From: Octopus vulgaris
Taxonomy: Eukaryota
Length of the DNA: 64,000 nucleotides
Assembly (NCBI GenBank): GCA_951406725.2
Contig: OX597827.1
Location: forward strand, 57,970,001-58,034,000
Reading direction: 5' to 3'
This document shows positions 53,374 through 64,000 of the stretch, piece after piece (the stretch's first letter is position 1; the number at the start of each line of letters is the position of its first letter). Below the pieces are notes generated by a model. That model was given only the letters and a program-made list of their open reading frames with translations, was not told the origin of the DNA and made no database searches. Made by a program: the position numbers and the translations under genes.

Positions 53374-54731
53374 TTAAACATGGTTAAGCTTTATAGCATT
53401 CATGCCATTGTGTTCCTGGCCCTACTTCATACTTCAACCTTTCTGTCCATCTCTTTCTCTATCAAAGAAACAAACAAATGTGCTTTCTGTCTCCAACAGA
53501 GGTACCCTCGGACCCTGTCGACTACCAGCTGAATACTCTAGCATCAAACATTTCTGAAGTGATAGAAATAGTATTAGACAACCTTGAATGTTAATTCTAA
53601 GTAACCAGTTATTCAAGTTCTCCAAATTCTGTTAACTCAACTTACTTAACACACCCGTAGTCTCTTACTATCGAGTAATTTTAGTGACAGTTGTAGCTCA
53701 GTGAAACATTAAACCATGCCTGACATGCAAATATTTTTGGGTACTATTCCTACTTACTTTGGGTACTATTCCCACCCAACAGTAATTACCAAGATACAAA
53801 AAAAATGTTATTTTCATCAAGCCATACACTATAAATCAAGGTGTGCAATATTTTCGTTTCTTTTATTTTTTAACAGCATCAAATTATAATTTTCTCCCTG
53901 TCGACTACTAACACTCCTACATACATGATACCAATCCTATTTTACTTTCCTTTCACAAGGTTTTCCGATAAGCAATATCCTCTAATGTACTACTAGACCT
54001 ACACATGAACACAAGCAAGCTAACAAGTAATCCTCTACTTAATCTGCTAGAAATAGAAACCGAATCTTCCTTAAATCACAGCCAATCTCAAAAAAGAAAG
54101 GACACATTAGATAATGCAGTCCTTCATATACAAAAAAGGCAACACGGTTATAAATGGAACAACTGTGATTATAGGTCTGTTTGATCAGAGCTGACAGAAC
54201 AATGACATGACTAAAATGACCCAAACATTATACAATAAAAATCTAAATACTATGTATTTCAAAAGAAAAAAGACTATAATACTTCATGACCCATACTCAT
54301 AAGCAAAACATAAATCAAACTAGCACATTCACAACAAATTATAGATCTAATAAACCCAGATAATCTTTCAGAATTATCATATTAATAACTTGCACTGAAT
54401 GAAAGAGAAAAAAGTTCCCTATTCAGTCAGGAACAGCTGTTAAACCTTTACAAAATGCAACCGACCCACTGGGATATATTTTGCATATAAAAATTTCCTC
54501 ACGAAAATGTAGAAAAAAAATTACAGCAAATAAATCAAACATCAATAATTCATATAATGGAATGCAATGATTCTGGGCTCAGATCCTATATGGTTGAAGA
54601 TTTGCAAAAACTTTTTTTTTTCATGGAAATGTAGAAAGAAAATTTTTTTTTTTTTTAAATACAGATTATGAATTAAAAATTTCCAGAATTAAAAACAAAA
54701 AGTAATGGATGATAAAAACATTTATACTTAC

Positions 54732-54804
54732 ATATTCTCTTACATTCCTGGTCCGGACTGCCTTGTATGAGGCATATGCTGGATATAATGTTCCAAATAT
54801 CAAT
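54732..54804 (-). CDS. REEP: REEP1-4 subfamily (receptor expression-enhancing protein / DP1-Yop1), coding exon equivalent to vertebrate exon 2
   Basis: Encodes LIFGTLYPAYASYKAVRTRNVREY, the REEP1-4 signature. Flanked by ttgcAG acceptor and GTAAGT donor. 73 bp, phase 2 to 0, matching the vertebrate REEP1-4 exon 2 structure as I recall it. Confidence 0.95.
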
Positions 54805-55571
54805 CTGCAAGTACCATAAATATATGGAACCATGAATATCTCAACTGTAAGAAATAAATTCTTCATCTAGACATTTTTCATTAGCACAGACTGAAAAACA
54901 CTTCAAATTATGTTTTAATTCTTAAAATAAGAACTACTTCTAGTTTGTTATGATAACATTTCTCCTATCATCGGAGACTCTCAAGGGCATTACGACCGGC
55001 ATAATTCAATCATGACCAAAAGTAGCAAAAGAAGCTGGATGGTGCTTTAAGTAATGGTCACATACAGATTATTTTTAGTTCTTCTTCCTTTTTAAAAGTT
55101 ACTAGTTAACCTTGAGCTTAGTTAATCAAATCCTGTGGTTGTAAATAAGTTCTTAAATGCGGTAAGATAATTACTGGTGTAATGTTGAGTTTTAAAGTTC
55201 AGGTAAAAAAAAAAAAAAATTCCCCCCATAATACATTAACAACCAGTATATCAAAAATGTATGTCAATGTCTGTGTATTTGAAAAGCAGATGTGAATAGT
55301 AAACTTTGAAATTAAATGTACATAAAAACATTGATTTGAATAGTTTTTAGATATTTAGTTGTAACAAAATTTTAAGTATTTTATATCCAAGCATATCACT
55401 ATGGTTGCCATCCCCTGTTAGAAAGGGAGAAAGCAATGTGCTGTGGAGGAAATCTGCTATTCGCAGGTTCTTTCCAAAAATAGGCTTTGACAAGCTTGCC
55501 AAACAGTTACTCAGATCTTATTTTACAAAACAGATGCCCTTGATAATAAGATGAGCAAGCAAACACGCCTT

Positions 55572-55585
55572 GTTGCTATGGTAAC
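55572..55585. promoter_or_regulatory. Candidate RFX X-box
   Basis: GTTGCTATGGTAAC, a near-palindromic 14-mer fitting the X-box consensus, in non-repetitive sequence. Confidence 0.35.
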
Positions 55586-56709
55586 TACTTATCAGTTTGT
55601 TGCAGGCATGTGAAACTGCTTAAAATGTAAAAGATATACTCCACACAGCAGCACACCTAACCAATAAAAATATTTTTGCAGTACTATGATGCCACTACTA
55701 GTAGGTGGGATGAGTTTTATTCTCAGAAGCTAATTTCAACAAGCCCCACCACTACTGTATACATATATTCAAGAAAAATTTTTTTTTAAATAATTGAAGG
55801 TAACTCAGCATTCAATAGCTAAAAATAAACTCCCTTTTCCAGTAACTTTGTGATAATCTTCAAGGGGTACCTTCTTTATATTAAAGAATAATCTCAGCAG
55901 TATTTTACCTGCCAATATTATGATATACATTCTATAGTTTTGGAATGAAGGAAGTTTATAAAAAATGTGAAAGGAAATAAGTTATAGCAGTAACCTTGGC
56001 CAATTGTTTCAGACAAAAACAGGAAGTTACAGTTTGTTTACATGTAGGATAATTTTTTTGTTGTTGTCTCTGTATTACATCTTTTAGCATCAGTTTATTT
56101 ATTTATTTGTTTTTAGTCATTAGTTTAATAAAAACTGGAAGATACTGGAGTAAAAACTGACTTCTCTCTTGCTCTTGGAAAAAAAAAATCTATAATTTCT
56201 CTTTACAAATATTCTTTTAAATTATGTATTCTTACAAAAAAGAACCACCTGAAAGAAAATGACTTCTACAGATTAGGGCCTTATCAGGCTGAAATTAATA
56301 TATTCAAACTTGGGAAGATGGGTTTCTGAATAGTGTATGACAACCTGTTTAGTACTGGGGTCAATAAATATATTGCAGCCCTTGATACATTGCTTGTGAT
56401 TTTTTTTTTTTTTGAGATCAACAATGTATTAGTAATTACTTAACTGCATTGAAACTCCAAGTTTAACACTAGATCCTTTGGTGCCTTTGTGGAGTTCTTT
56501 ATCCTCACACCAGATGTTTTGTCTAAGCACTAACAACAACAAAATGTATCATGCTAATAACCACATGTAGAACATGTACTTCAAGTCTGACTCATCTGGG
56601 ATAGAGAAACCTTCTTGATATGTCTCTGCATACCAAACATCATACTTCAGATATTTTGTATGTGGCTGTTTGGACTGTACACATGAAGTGTTGTATACCC
56701 CTTTAAAGG

Positions 56710-56753
<44 letters not shown>

Positions 56754-57699
56754 TACTATTGCAACGTCTGCAAGGTAACCATCAGAAAAGTAAATTATGA
56801 CTTTTTGCCACATATGGCTGGCAAACTCTGTTGCTTCTCGAGGTGCAATTGCCATCCAAAGAGGAACTTTGGGGTAGCAGACCTAACATGCTGCCAGGCT
56901 AAATAACACCTGTTTGGAAGTACCTTTAATAAAATTCACTCTATTGCAAGCATTGGGATCAGACCCTTGGTTACCTTCGTCCCATCACTTTTCTTGCAAA
57001 TACTGACCTGCAGATGTCATTGGTACCCTTCCTCCTCCTCTGGAAAGTTCACAATAACAACCTTATTCAGTAATTCTCAATCAAAATGGCATAGCAAACA
57101 ACACTTCAGCTACTGCATTTATTGTCTGCCTTGCCTCTAATAACCTTCCTCATTATCTATGTGCAATTGGATTGAAATGACAAGAAATGGTTTTGGATTT
57201 GGCATCTAAAGTCATCCAACCCTTGATAATGTTTCATCCATTACCTTCAAACCCTTCTGAACTTGTTACTATCTTTAAAAAATTTCAATACTTCTATCTT
57301 TACGGGTATCTACTAAATCTATGTAAACATATGTGTTCCACCTTCAAAAGTGATAATCCTACTGACCCTTAATATCAACATTTCAAAAATGATAGAGTGA
57401 GTTAAAAATAACTACTTTAAGTCTCTTTTGTCAGTATAACTTCCATAGAGCTAGATTGCTTTTCTATATCACACACCAATGAACCCTTAAAGTCAAGAAC
57501 TTTAAAACAGATGTGTTGTTCTTGACATAAGGAAAACTGCATCTGACACAAGAATGTTCTAGCAAGGTTATCGGCTTACAAAATCTGTCTCAGTTCTCAG
57601 ATTTGAAGGTCCTTATCAGACTACTTCTGCAAATATGCATTAACAGATACTCATTGTCATATACTTAGGGTTTGGTGATACCTTGCTCACAGTTCATTT

Positions 57700-59330
57700 T
57701 GTACATTTACTACCTTCTAACTGTTGCTTCTAACCACAATCCTTCACAGATGATACCACCAACCACTCCTTAACCTTCTTCATGTAGACATTATCCACAT
57801 GCGAACAAGATATCTCACACCAGACATCAATCACAATCTAATCAGACAACTTAGTCTCCTTCACTAAACAAAGTAATTACATTTAATAATATAATTTCAA
57901 CATTATAAGCTCATTCAAAATCATTAGACATGAAAATCTTTTGTCGCCACCACTATATACAGTGTAACCAAAATCATGTCAAGGTTTTCTTTTCAGCACC
58001 AAAAAATACCCTAGTTCAAATCAATTTTACTAATCTTCCACAAAACACAAATGTGATCCACATTAGAAGGCTGACTGCATATATGAGATGACATTGTTGC
58101 TACACAAAGAAATAACCAAGATGGCGTAAGAAAAAAACCTCCCAAAATAAAATGTTCTTTTGGTAGGTAAAAAGCTTATTCACCCACACACTACTAGTCC
58201 ATGGGAGTGCTCTCTCTATCTCTCTCTCATTTACTGAGAGTTATTTTAGCTTCTGTTTGTAAGCCCATCACCATCCCTGCTGTGTCTTGCTCACTAAAAA
58301 TCATTCCTCTATCTATCCTACTCAGAAATGCAATACTCTGGAAAAACCTCTTTGCACACATTTTTCTCCAAATTTAAACATTGATTTAAATATCAACCTA
58401 ACTAATCAGGAAAGTCTATTTTCCCCTCTTCCAACTAAATAATAAAGAAATATAGTGAGATATCAATAGAATAAAATATGAAGGGCAATTAATGTTTTCT
58501 TGATATGTGCAGTGACTATGTTTTCTTGCTGAAGGAGACAAGATTGAGACATAGCCCCTTTGGAGAATGTTTCCAAGGTCACTGTTCCAATGTAGTTTCA
58601 GAATAAGCTATGTAAGTTGCATAAAAATGATACTTCAGTGCAGAAAGTTAAGGAGGAATGAAGGGATGGTATGAACTGTATAAAAATGAACACTGGAAGT
58701 GACAAAAAGTAGGCTGATGTACAAGCGGGAGAGTATGAAGTGGGTGATGCTGACTGAACCCTAATGCACACCACAGTTGATAGACATGAATAAAAGAGAA
58801 TGCCAGCAGCACAGGCCATGATAATGTGATCTGGCAGGAAGCTAATGAGAGATGAACAGAACATAAAGGCAGACAGTTCTGACAGGAAATTTGCATGCCA
58901 GACATGTTCTAAAGCTTTGTTTATGTTGAGGGCAACAACAGTGCTTTCACCAAATTTGTCAGAAAGTGAGAGCCCAATGAACAGTTATATGGGAAAGCAG
59001 ATCTCCAGTGGATCAGGTTTTATGAAAGCTATACGTGTAATCAAGAAAGAGGGGAAGAAATTCAAGAAATTGGAGAAAGTTGTTATTAATGGCTGTCTCC
59101 ATCACCTTAGGGATATTGGCAGTGAATGTGACTGAATGGTAGTTGGCATTGTCGGAACAACTTCTTGCGAATAGGAAATACTATAGCATGTTTCTGAAGA
59201 TCAGGATATATCCATGAAGAGAGAGATGTGGATGAAAGACTTGGTGAGTATGGGAGCTAAGTCTGGGGTGCATTCTTTGAAGGTAATGGAAGAAACTTGG
59301 TTAGGGTTCATGGTCTTGTTAGTTTGAATT
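57700..59330. mobile_element. Degenerate LINE fragments (plus-strand 3' end near 58265-58410; minus-strand piece 58560-59330)
   Basis: Remnants resembling LW.NL..HIF and SP..SPAC motifs, with many stops and frameshifts. Confidence 0.35.
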
Positions 59331-59939
59331 TACTGAAGACAGTTTTACATTTGGCATGCATGTATGCATCATGGCAAGCCCTAACTCCACGAAAAATCTA
59401 GAAATGAAAAGAGAAATTATGTGGATACAGATATAATAATTACATGAAAGAATTTGAGAAGTACCAATTGAAAAATTCTGAATTTCTTTTCATTATGTCA
59501 GCATCTACACTTAGTTTTAACAAGTATTATTGTTAGATATTCATTGAGGAACAAGAAGAATACTGAACGTTTATGAAAACCCGAAACAGTATTGAACAAG
59601 GTATACAAGCAATGAGATAGGATTTATATTGTGAGGAAGAAAAAGAAATATAACATTTCTTGCTGGCCCCTTTATGACAGAAAAGAATTGTCAACTGATG
59701 AAATAACTATAAACTAGAATTAACAGGAGGAAAAAGAAGAGGTGTTAGCAGAGGATGTGGTCATAATCTGAAGAGAGGATAGAGTAAAAGACAACAGGGA
59801 AGCATTATACAGAAATACCAACAGATGTGTGTGTATGTGTAAAGAAGTAAAATAATTTTAACCATAAGAAAATGCATTGTAAATCTGTAGAGTCTAATAC
59901 TCTTCAAAAGCTGGATTATCCTGCAATCTTTTTTTTTTA

Positions 59940-60265
59940 TATCATCACCTGTTTTAGTGTCCACTTTTCTGTATATCCATCCCATAGGACAAATGAAATT
60001 TGTTTCAGGCAGATTTTTTAACGACTAGATGCCCTCCTTGTCACCAATCCTCACAGGTTTTCATGGGCAATTGGAAACTTGTATGATGATGTCTAGCTAA
60101 AGTAACATAAATACACACGTCTATCAGTTTTTGTTCATCAAATCCACTCACAAGGCCTTTTTCAACCTCAGTCTGTAGAAGACATTTGCCTAAAGTGCTA
60201 CACACTGGGACTGAACACACGACCAAATGGTTGGGGAGCAAACTCCACAACCATAGCCATGCCTC
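59940..60265 (-). mobile_element. SINE, family 1 head with alternative tail
   Basis: Same architecture as 30805-31182. Confidence 0.65.
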
Positions 60266-60814
60266 TGTGTGTCTTTGTGTGTGTGTGTGCATGTACACAC
60301 ACACGTGTGTGTATCTATACATGTGTGTATATATATATATGTATATATATACACACATGTATAGATATGTATATATATGTATATGTATAGACAAATACAT
60401 ATGTGATAGAATGATAGACAGATACACACATATATAATAAAATTATTTAGTAGTCTGTGCATGGCTATCTCAGAGTAATTCTGAATTCTACAATCACAGC
60501 ACGACAGTAGATCTAAATGTCACATCTCCTGCACAATAGCAGCAAAAATTAAGGTAAACAATACAAGATGGGAAGACAGAAGTAGAATGATGGCAGTGGA
60601 AGAAAGAAGTGTTAGTGCAAATGTATATATTTTCAACATTTGTGTTTGTTGTATGTATGAGTGTCTGGGCATGTACGCATGTGTTTGGAAGAATTCCTAG
60701 GCACTCATTTAAGCAAACATATATCTAAACTCTATGTTATCCACTTTCCACTGCAGCAAACATAGCCATCAAATATATTCAGACTTAGTCCAACTGTCTC
60801 TCTTCCTCCTGTTT

Positions 60815-60847
<33 letters not shown>

Positions 60848-61684
60848 AGCATATATTATGAAATACTTTGCAAAATCATCTCGTGCATACTCAAAATAGT
60901 TTCCTCAACTTCTCCATCTTTCTTTGTCATATTTACATACACATATACATTTATTCATTCTTTTATTTGTTATAACCATAGGACTCAATGCCTGCTGGGG
61001 CTTCTCTTTCACAGTTTTATTCAGCATCAACCCAACTCTTTTTATTTCAGTTTATTTCACTGATCTCTATTTTTCAAACTGCTAGGTAATGGGACGTTAG
61101 GGATAATCTGGAATCAAACAACAGATAAAATACCCATGAACCAATGAAGGAGCTGTCATGCAGTAGTTTAAAATACTACAAACAGCAGCCAAGTCTCCAT
61201 CAAAATCACATATTATAACATTTTATTTTTAAACAAACAAAAAAATAAAGGAAAATTAGATGTAGTATATACACAGGTCTTATATGAGACTGAAGGACAA
61301 CTAGGAGTCACTATGTAGTTGACTGACTATTTACAAATAGGAGTTAAATTGCAATAAATCACACACATTAAACGCATTCTAAAAGAAAGGTCACTTTAAA
61401 AACTATGGTACTTGGTATGTATATAAACAGATGATCATGGCTATAAGATTTTTTCCCACATATCCATTCAACTGGAGCACATCTGCAGGCTAAACAATAT
61501 CTATGTATGTTTACAGCCAATCACCCACATCAGTGAGTCTTAGGTTTGCTTGGTAATTTATTCTATTAACGAAGTATTTTGTCACTAATCCTACTTCTTA
61601 TGCCTAAGTATGATCTGAGGAATCTCTATTTTTAAAAGCCTAGGTTATTGCCAAAATGCTATCTTTAAGATAATACCTAAGTGT

Positions 61685-61900
61685 TATATGTATGTACATC
61701 TGTATGTATGTATACACATACAAACACATGTATAAAACACATATATGTACATACACCACTCTGTATATATAAATACACCCACTATATACACATAACTATG
61801 TACATATATAAATACGCCCACTATATACACATAATTATGTACATATATAAATACACACATACAAGTCCCCATATATGCACACACACAAACACACATATAT
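61685..61900. repeat. CA/TA-rich low-complexity tract with a ~39-bp unit repeated about 2.5 times
   Basis: AAATACACCCACTATATACACATAACTATGTACATATAT repeated from 61771. Confidence 0.8.
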
Positions 61901-61904
61901 TCAT

Positions 61905-62399
61905 GATGTCCTGGCAAGAATATTATATGAAGAACAGGATTATGCAGGAAAGTCCTGAGGAAACAAATATACTAGAAGTTACTGTGATGTGGAGGATATA
62001 ACCACAAGTATGAAAGAACACTGGTGAAATAACCTTGTAAAGTCTTCCATAAAATGCTTGTGTAACAGAACAGACATAACAATCTGGGACAGAGGAAAGT
62101 AACAATGCACAGATGTTGAAATCAATTGCCCAGCAGATATCAACATAATGTTTAAAGATCAATGGAAAGCGAAAATATCAATGCCATGCTCATGTGAAAT
62201 TTGTAGTTACTTCTATAATTTTAGATTTCTGGTAATAATTATTAGGATATTTGGTTATGTGGCTGATTGTATCACTACTTATCGAGAGAAGCTGGGTTTT
62301 ACAAAACCAGAAAGAACATACCTTATCAGAAGGTTACAGAAACGAGCTATCAAAGGAACAGTCAAAATGTATAAAACATCTAAGAAGTTCACCATGTAA
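61905..62399 (+). mobile_element. 3' remnant of an R4/Dong-like non-LTR retrotransposon (restriction-like endonuclease domain)
   Basis: Degenerate NRTDITIWDR, VEINCPADINI, IIIRIFGYV, EKLGFTK, LQ..IKGTVKMYKTSKKFTM*: PD-(D/E)xK-type C-terminus of RLE-encoding LINEs. Confidence 0.7.
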
Positions 62400-62686
62400 T
62401 AAGATCCGCGTATACAATGACATTCACATTGCATCCATGTGCATGCATATAAGCATGTACACATACAAAACTACCCTGCTAATGTCTAAATTACCATTAG
62501 AATAGTCTTTGTAAGTTAGAAAGTGACTCTCCACTAGTGAGAAATCTGAAAAACCAGGAAATTTCATACATATATACTGTACATAGATGAAGGCATGAAG
62601 TTCAAAACAGCACACACTGGTACCTTACATTTAGTTGTTTGAATTTCACATTCTCAACCATTAGGCTGGATACAAAGTGGTAAGAT

Positions 62687-62981
62687 CAGTGCTTCTCAAA
62701 CTATCTGATGTGGCATAGCAGCAGTTTTTTTTTTCCATTGTGCCAGAGACCAGTAATATTAATTTATACCGGAAACAATATATATATATAATGAATATAA
62801 TAAAAGTTGACAAATTTTTTTTATCTTATATTTTATTTTGTAAACAAATAATACAATATTACATAAGCATTTGATAAACATTTTATAATGTTTCTTTCTT
62901 TTCTGGAAACTCACTGCATACCGGCAGCTGATCGCTTGCGGACCAGTACTGGCCCGCAGACCACCACTTTGAGTAGCACTA
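62687..62981. mobile_element. hAT/Charlie-type MITE, copy 2
   Basis: Colinear and highly similar to 26012-26307, same orientation. TSD degraded. Confidence 0.85.
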
Positions 62982-64000
62982 GTATAGACGATCTATTCAG
63001 AATATCTAGACAAATGTATAGGAAACCCAAGTGCACAAAGTTAGTAGTTAGAAGAAAAAGTAACAGAAAATTAAGGTTTTTCTTGTAATCATTGGAAAGT
63101 GGGTAGAGGGGTACTTATTGATGCTTATTTCCAATAAATACTTATTATACACATATTTACACACACAAACTGCTCAGGTACATACAAGCATAATTATAGT
63201 ATGCCTCAGGTTTTAACCTAATTTTGATTTTTTACTTTTAAACATGCTAATGATTTTATGAATTTCATAATCTTTATATTGATACTTTATACCAGAAGTA
63301 ATTTCATATTGCATAATTCTGACACACATGACAAAAAAGTCCTTATTTGACAATCATATATGTATTTACTCTTATATAACTTCATGACTACATAGTCATA
63401 ACATCTTTGAACCCTCTATAACACTCGCTGTTATAAAATTTCACAGAAATGCGTATAACTGAAGTGAAAATGGGCACTTGAACTCACAATTTTCCGCCTT
63501 ACAATTTATCACCAACTCTCAGTATAATTCCAAAGGTCAACCAGCACATAGGCGTCAATAAAAACCTTTCTACCCACTCTCTGATGACTACTAAAAAAAT
63601 AAATGATTTTCTTTCTCTGCCTCTACCTACTATCACCACACAGATTTCTCACACTTGTCTATATATTCCAAACAAAGGAATCACCTATATATCACCCTTC
63701 AGATCAAGTCTTATGATCAAAAACAAGAAATTTGAATAACCAGATATAGATATAAGGCGCAAGCTGTCATAATGACACAACATACACACACAAACACTTT
63801 TCACTCACTGTCTTTCACACATAGAAGATTTATCTTACTTCAGTGTATCTTAGTAATTGAAATAACACTGGGCAACCAGTACCAAAAGTAGCAGTCATAT
63901 ATTATCTCACTGAATGACAATATTTTAGTACAATGTCTTGTATTCATATTTCTGTATATATGTTTGATGTATTTATGCATGTGTCTGTTTGTATTTACAT

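Larger units (their letters stand above)
15716..54731 (-). other. ~39 kb intron between the two REEP exons
   Basis: GT-AG boundaries joining ...NVREY|VKWMMYW in phase 0. Confidence 0.85.

Noticed and set aside
53737-53775. Short direct repeat TTTGGGTACTATTCC x2
   Set aside because: Local slippage duplication with no further structure
54666-54866. 66-aa ORF as a complete small gene
   Set aside because: Only 54732-54804 is REEP-like and it is bounded by splice sites; the rest is intronic read-through
59340-59420. Strong minus-strand splice acceptor (tttctcttttcatttctAG) near 59398
   Set aside because: Downstream donor is weak (gtaaaa), there is no REEP similarity, and it abuts a LINE fossil
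59555-59595. CTGAACG...CGAAACAGTA as a hammerhead
   Set aside because: Lacks the CUGANGA core and a stem II; the other CTGATGA/CTGAAGA hits checked (e.g. 18947, 30422, 37943, 59195) also lack a hairpin followed by GAAA
62629-62661. Candidate REEP exon 1 (ATG GTT GAG...AAT|gtaagg, MVENVKFKQLN)
   Set aside because: 33 nt (phase 0) is incompatible with exon 2, which needs phase 2, and the peptide does not resemble the hydrophobic MVSxIISRLV start; the true exon 1 is probably beyond the window

Overview
AT-rich, repeat-dense eukaryotic genomic DNA. The SINE families, microsatellite load and very long introns suggest a coleoid cephalopod such as Octopus; this is inferred, not proven. The window lies inside one minus-strand gene of the REEP1-4 subfamily (DP1/Yop1 ER-shaping proteins). 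Two canonical exons are visible: 54732-54804 (73 bp) and 15639-15715 (77 bp), separated by a ~39 kb intron. Exons 1 and 4 were not found. The introns carry a full-length but dead hAT (Buster/SPIN-like) transposon, hAT, mariner and piggyBac-like MITEs, several tRNA-derived SINE families, Helitron and LINE fossils, and a truncated tRNA-Pro pseudogene. Nearly all ORFs in the supplied track are spurious. The most interesting signals are (i) two well-formed minimal type I hammerhead ribozyme motifs of the Penelope-associated kind, plus a possible decayed third; (ii) two phase-compatible cryptic exons in the 39 kb intron that could give REEP an alternative N-terminus; and (iii) an adjacent inverted MITE pair and a pre-miRNA-sized hairpin that could form dsRNA in the pre-mRNA. 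Repeat boundaries were read by eye and are approximate unless terminal repeats or target-site duplications (TSDs) are quoted.
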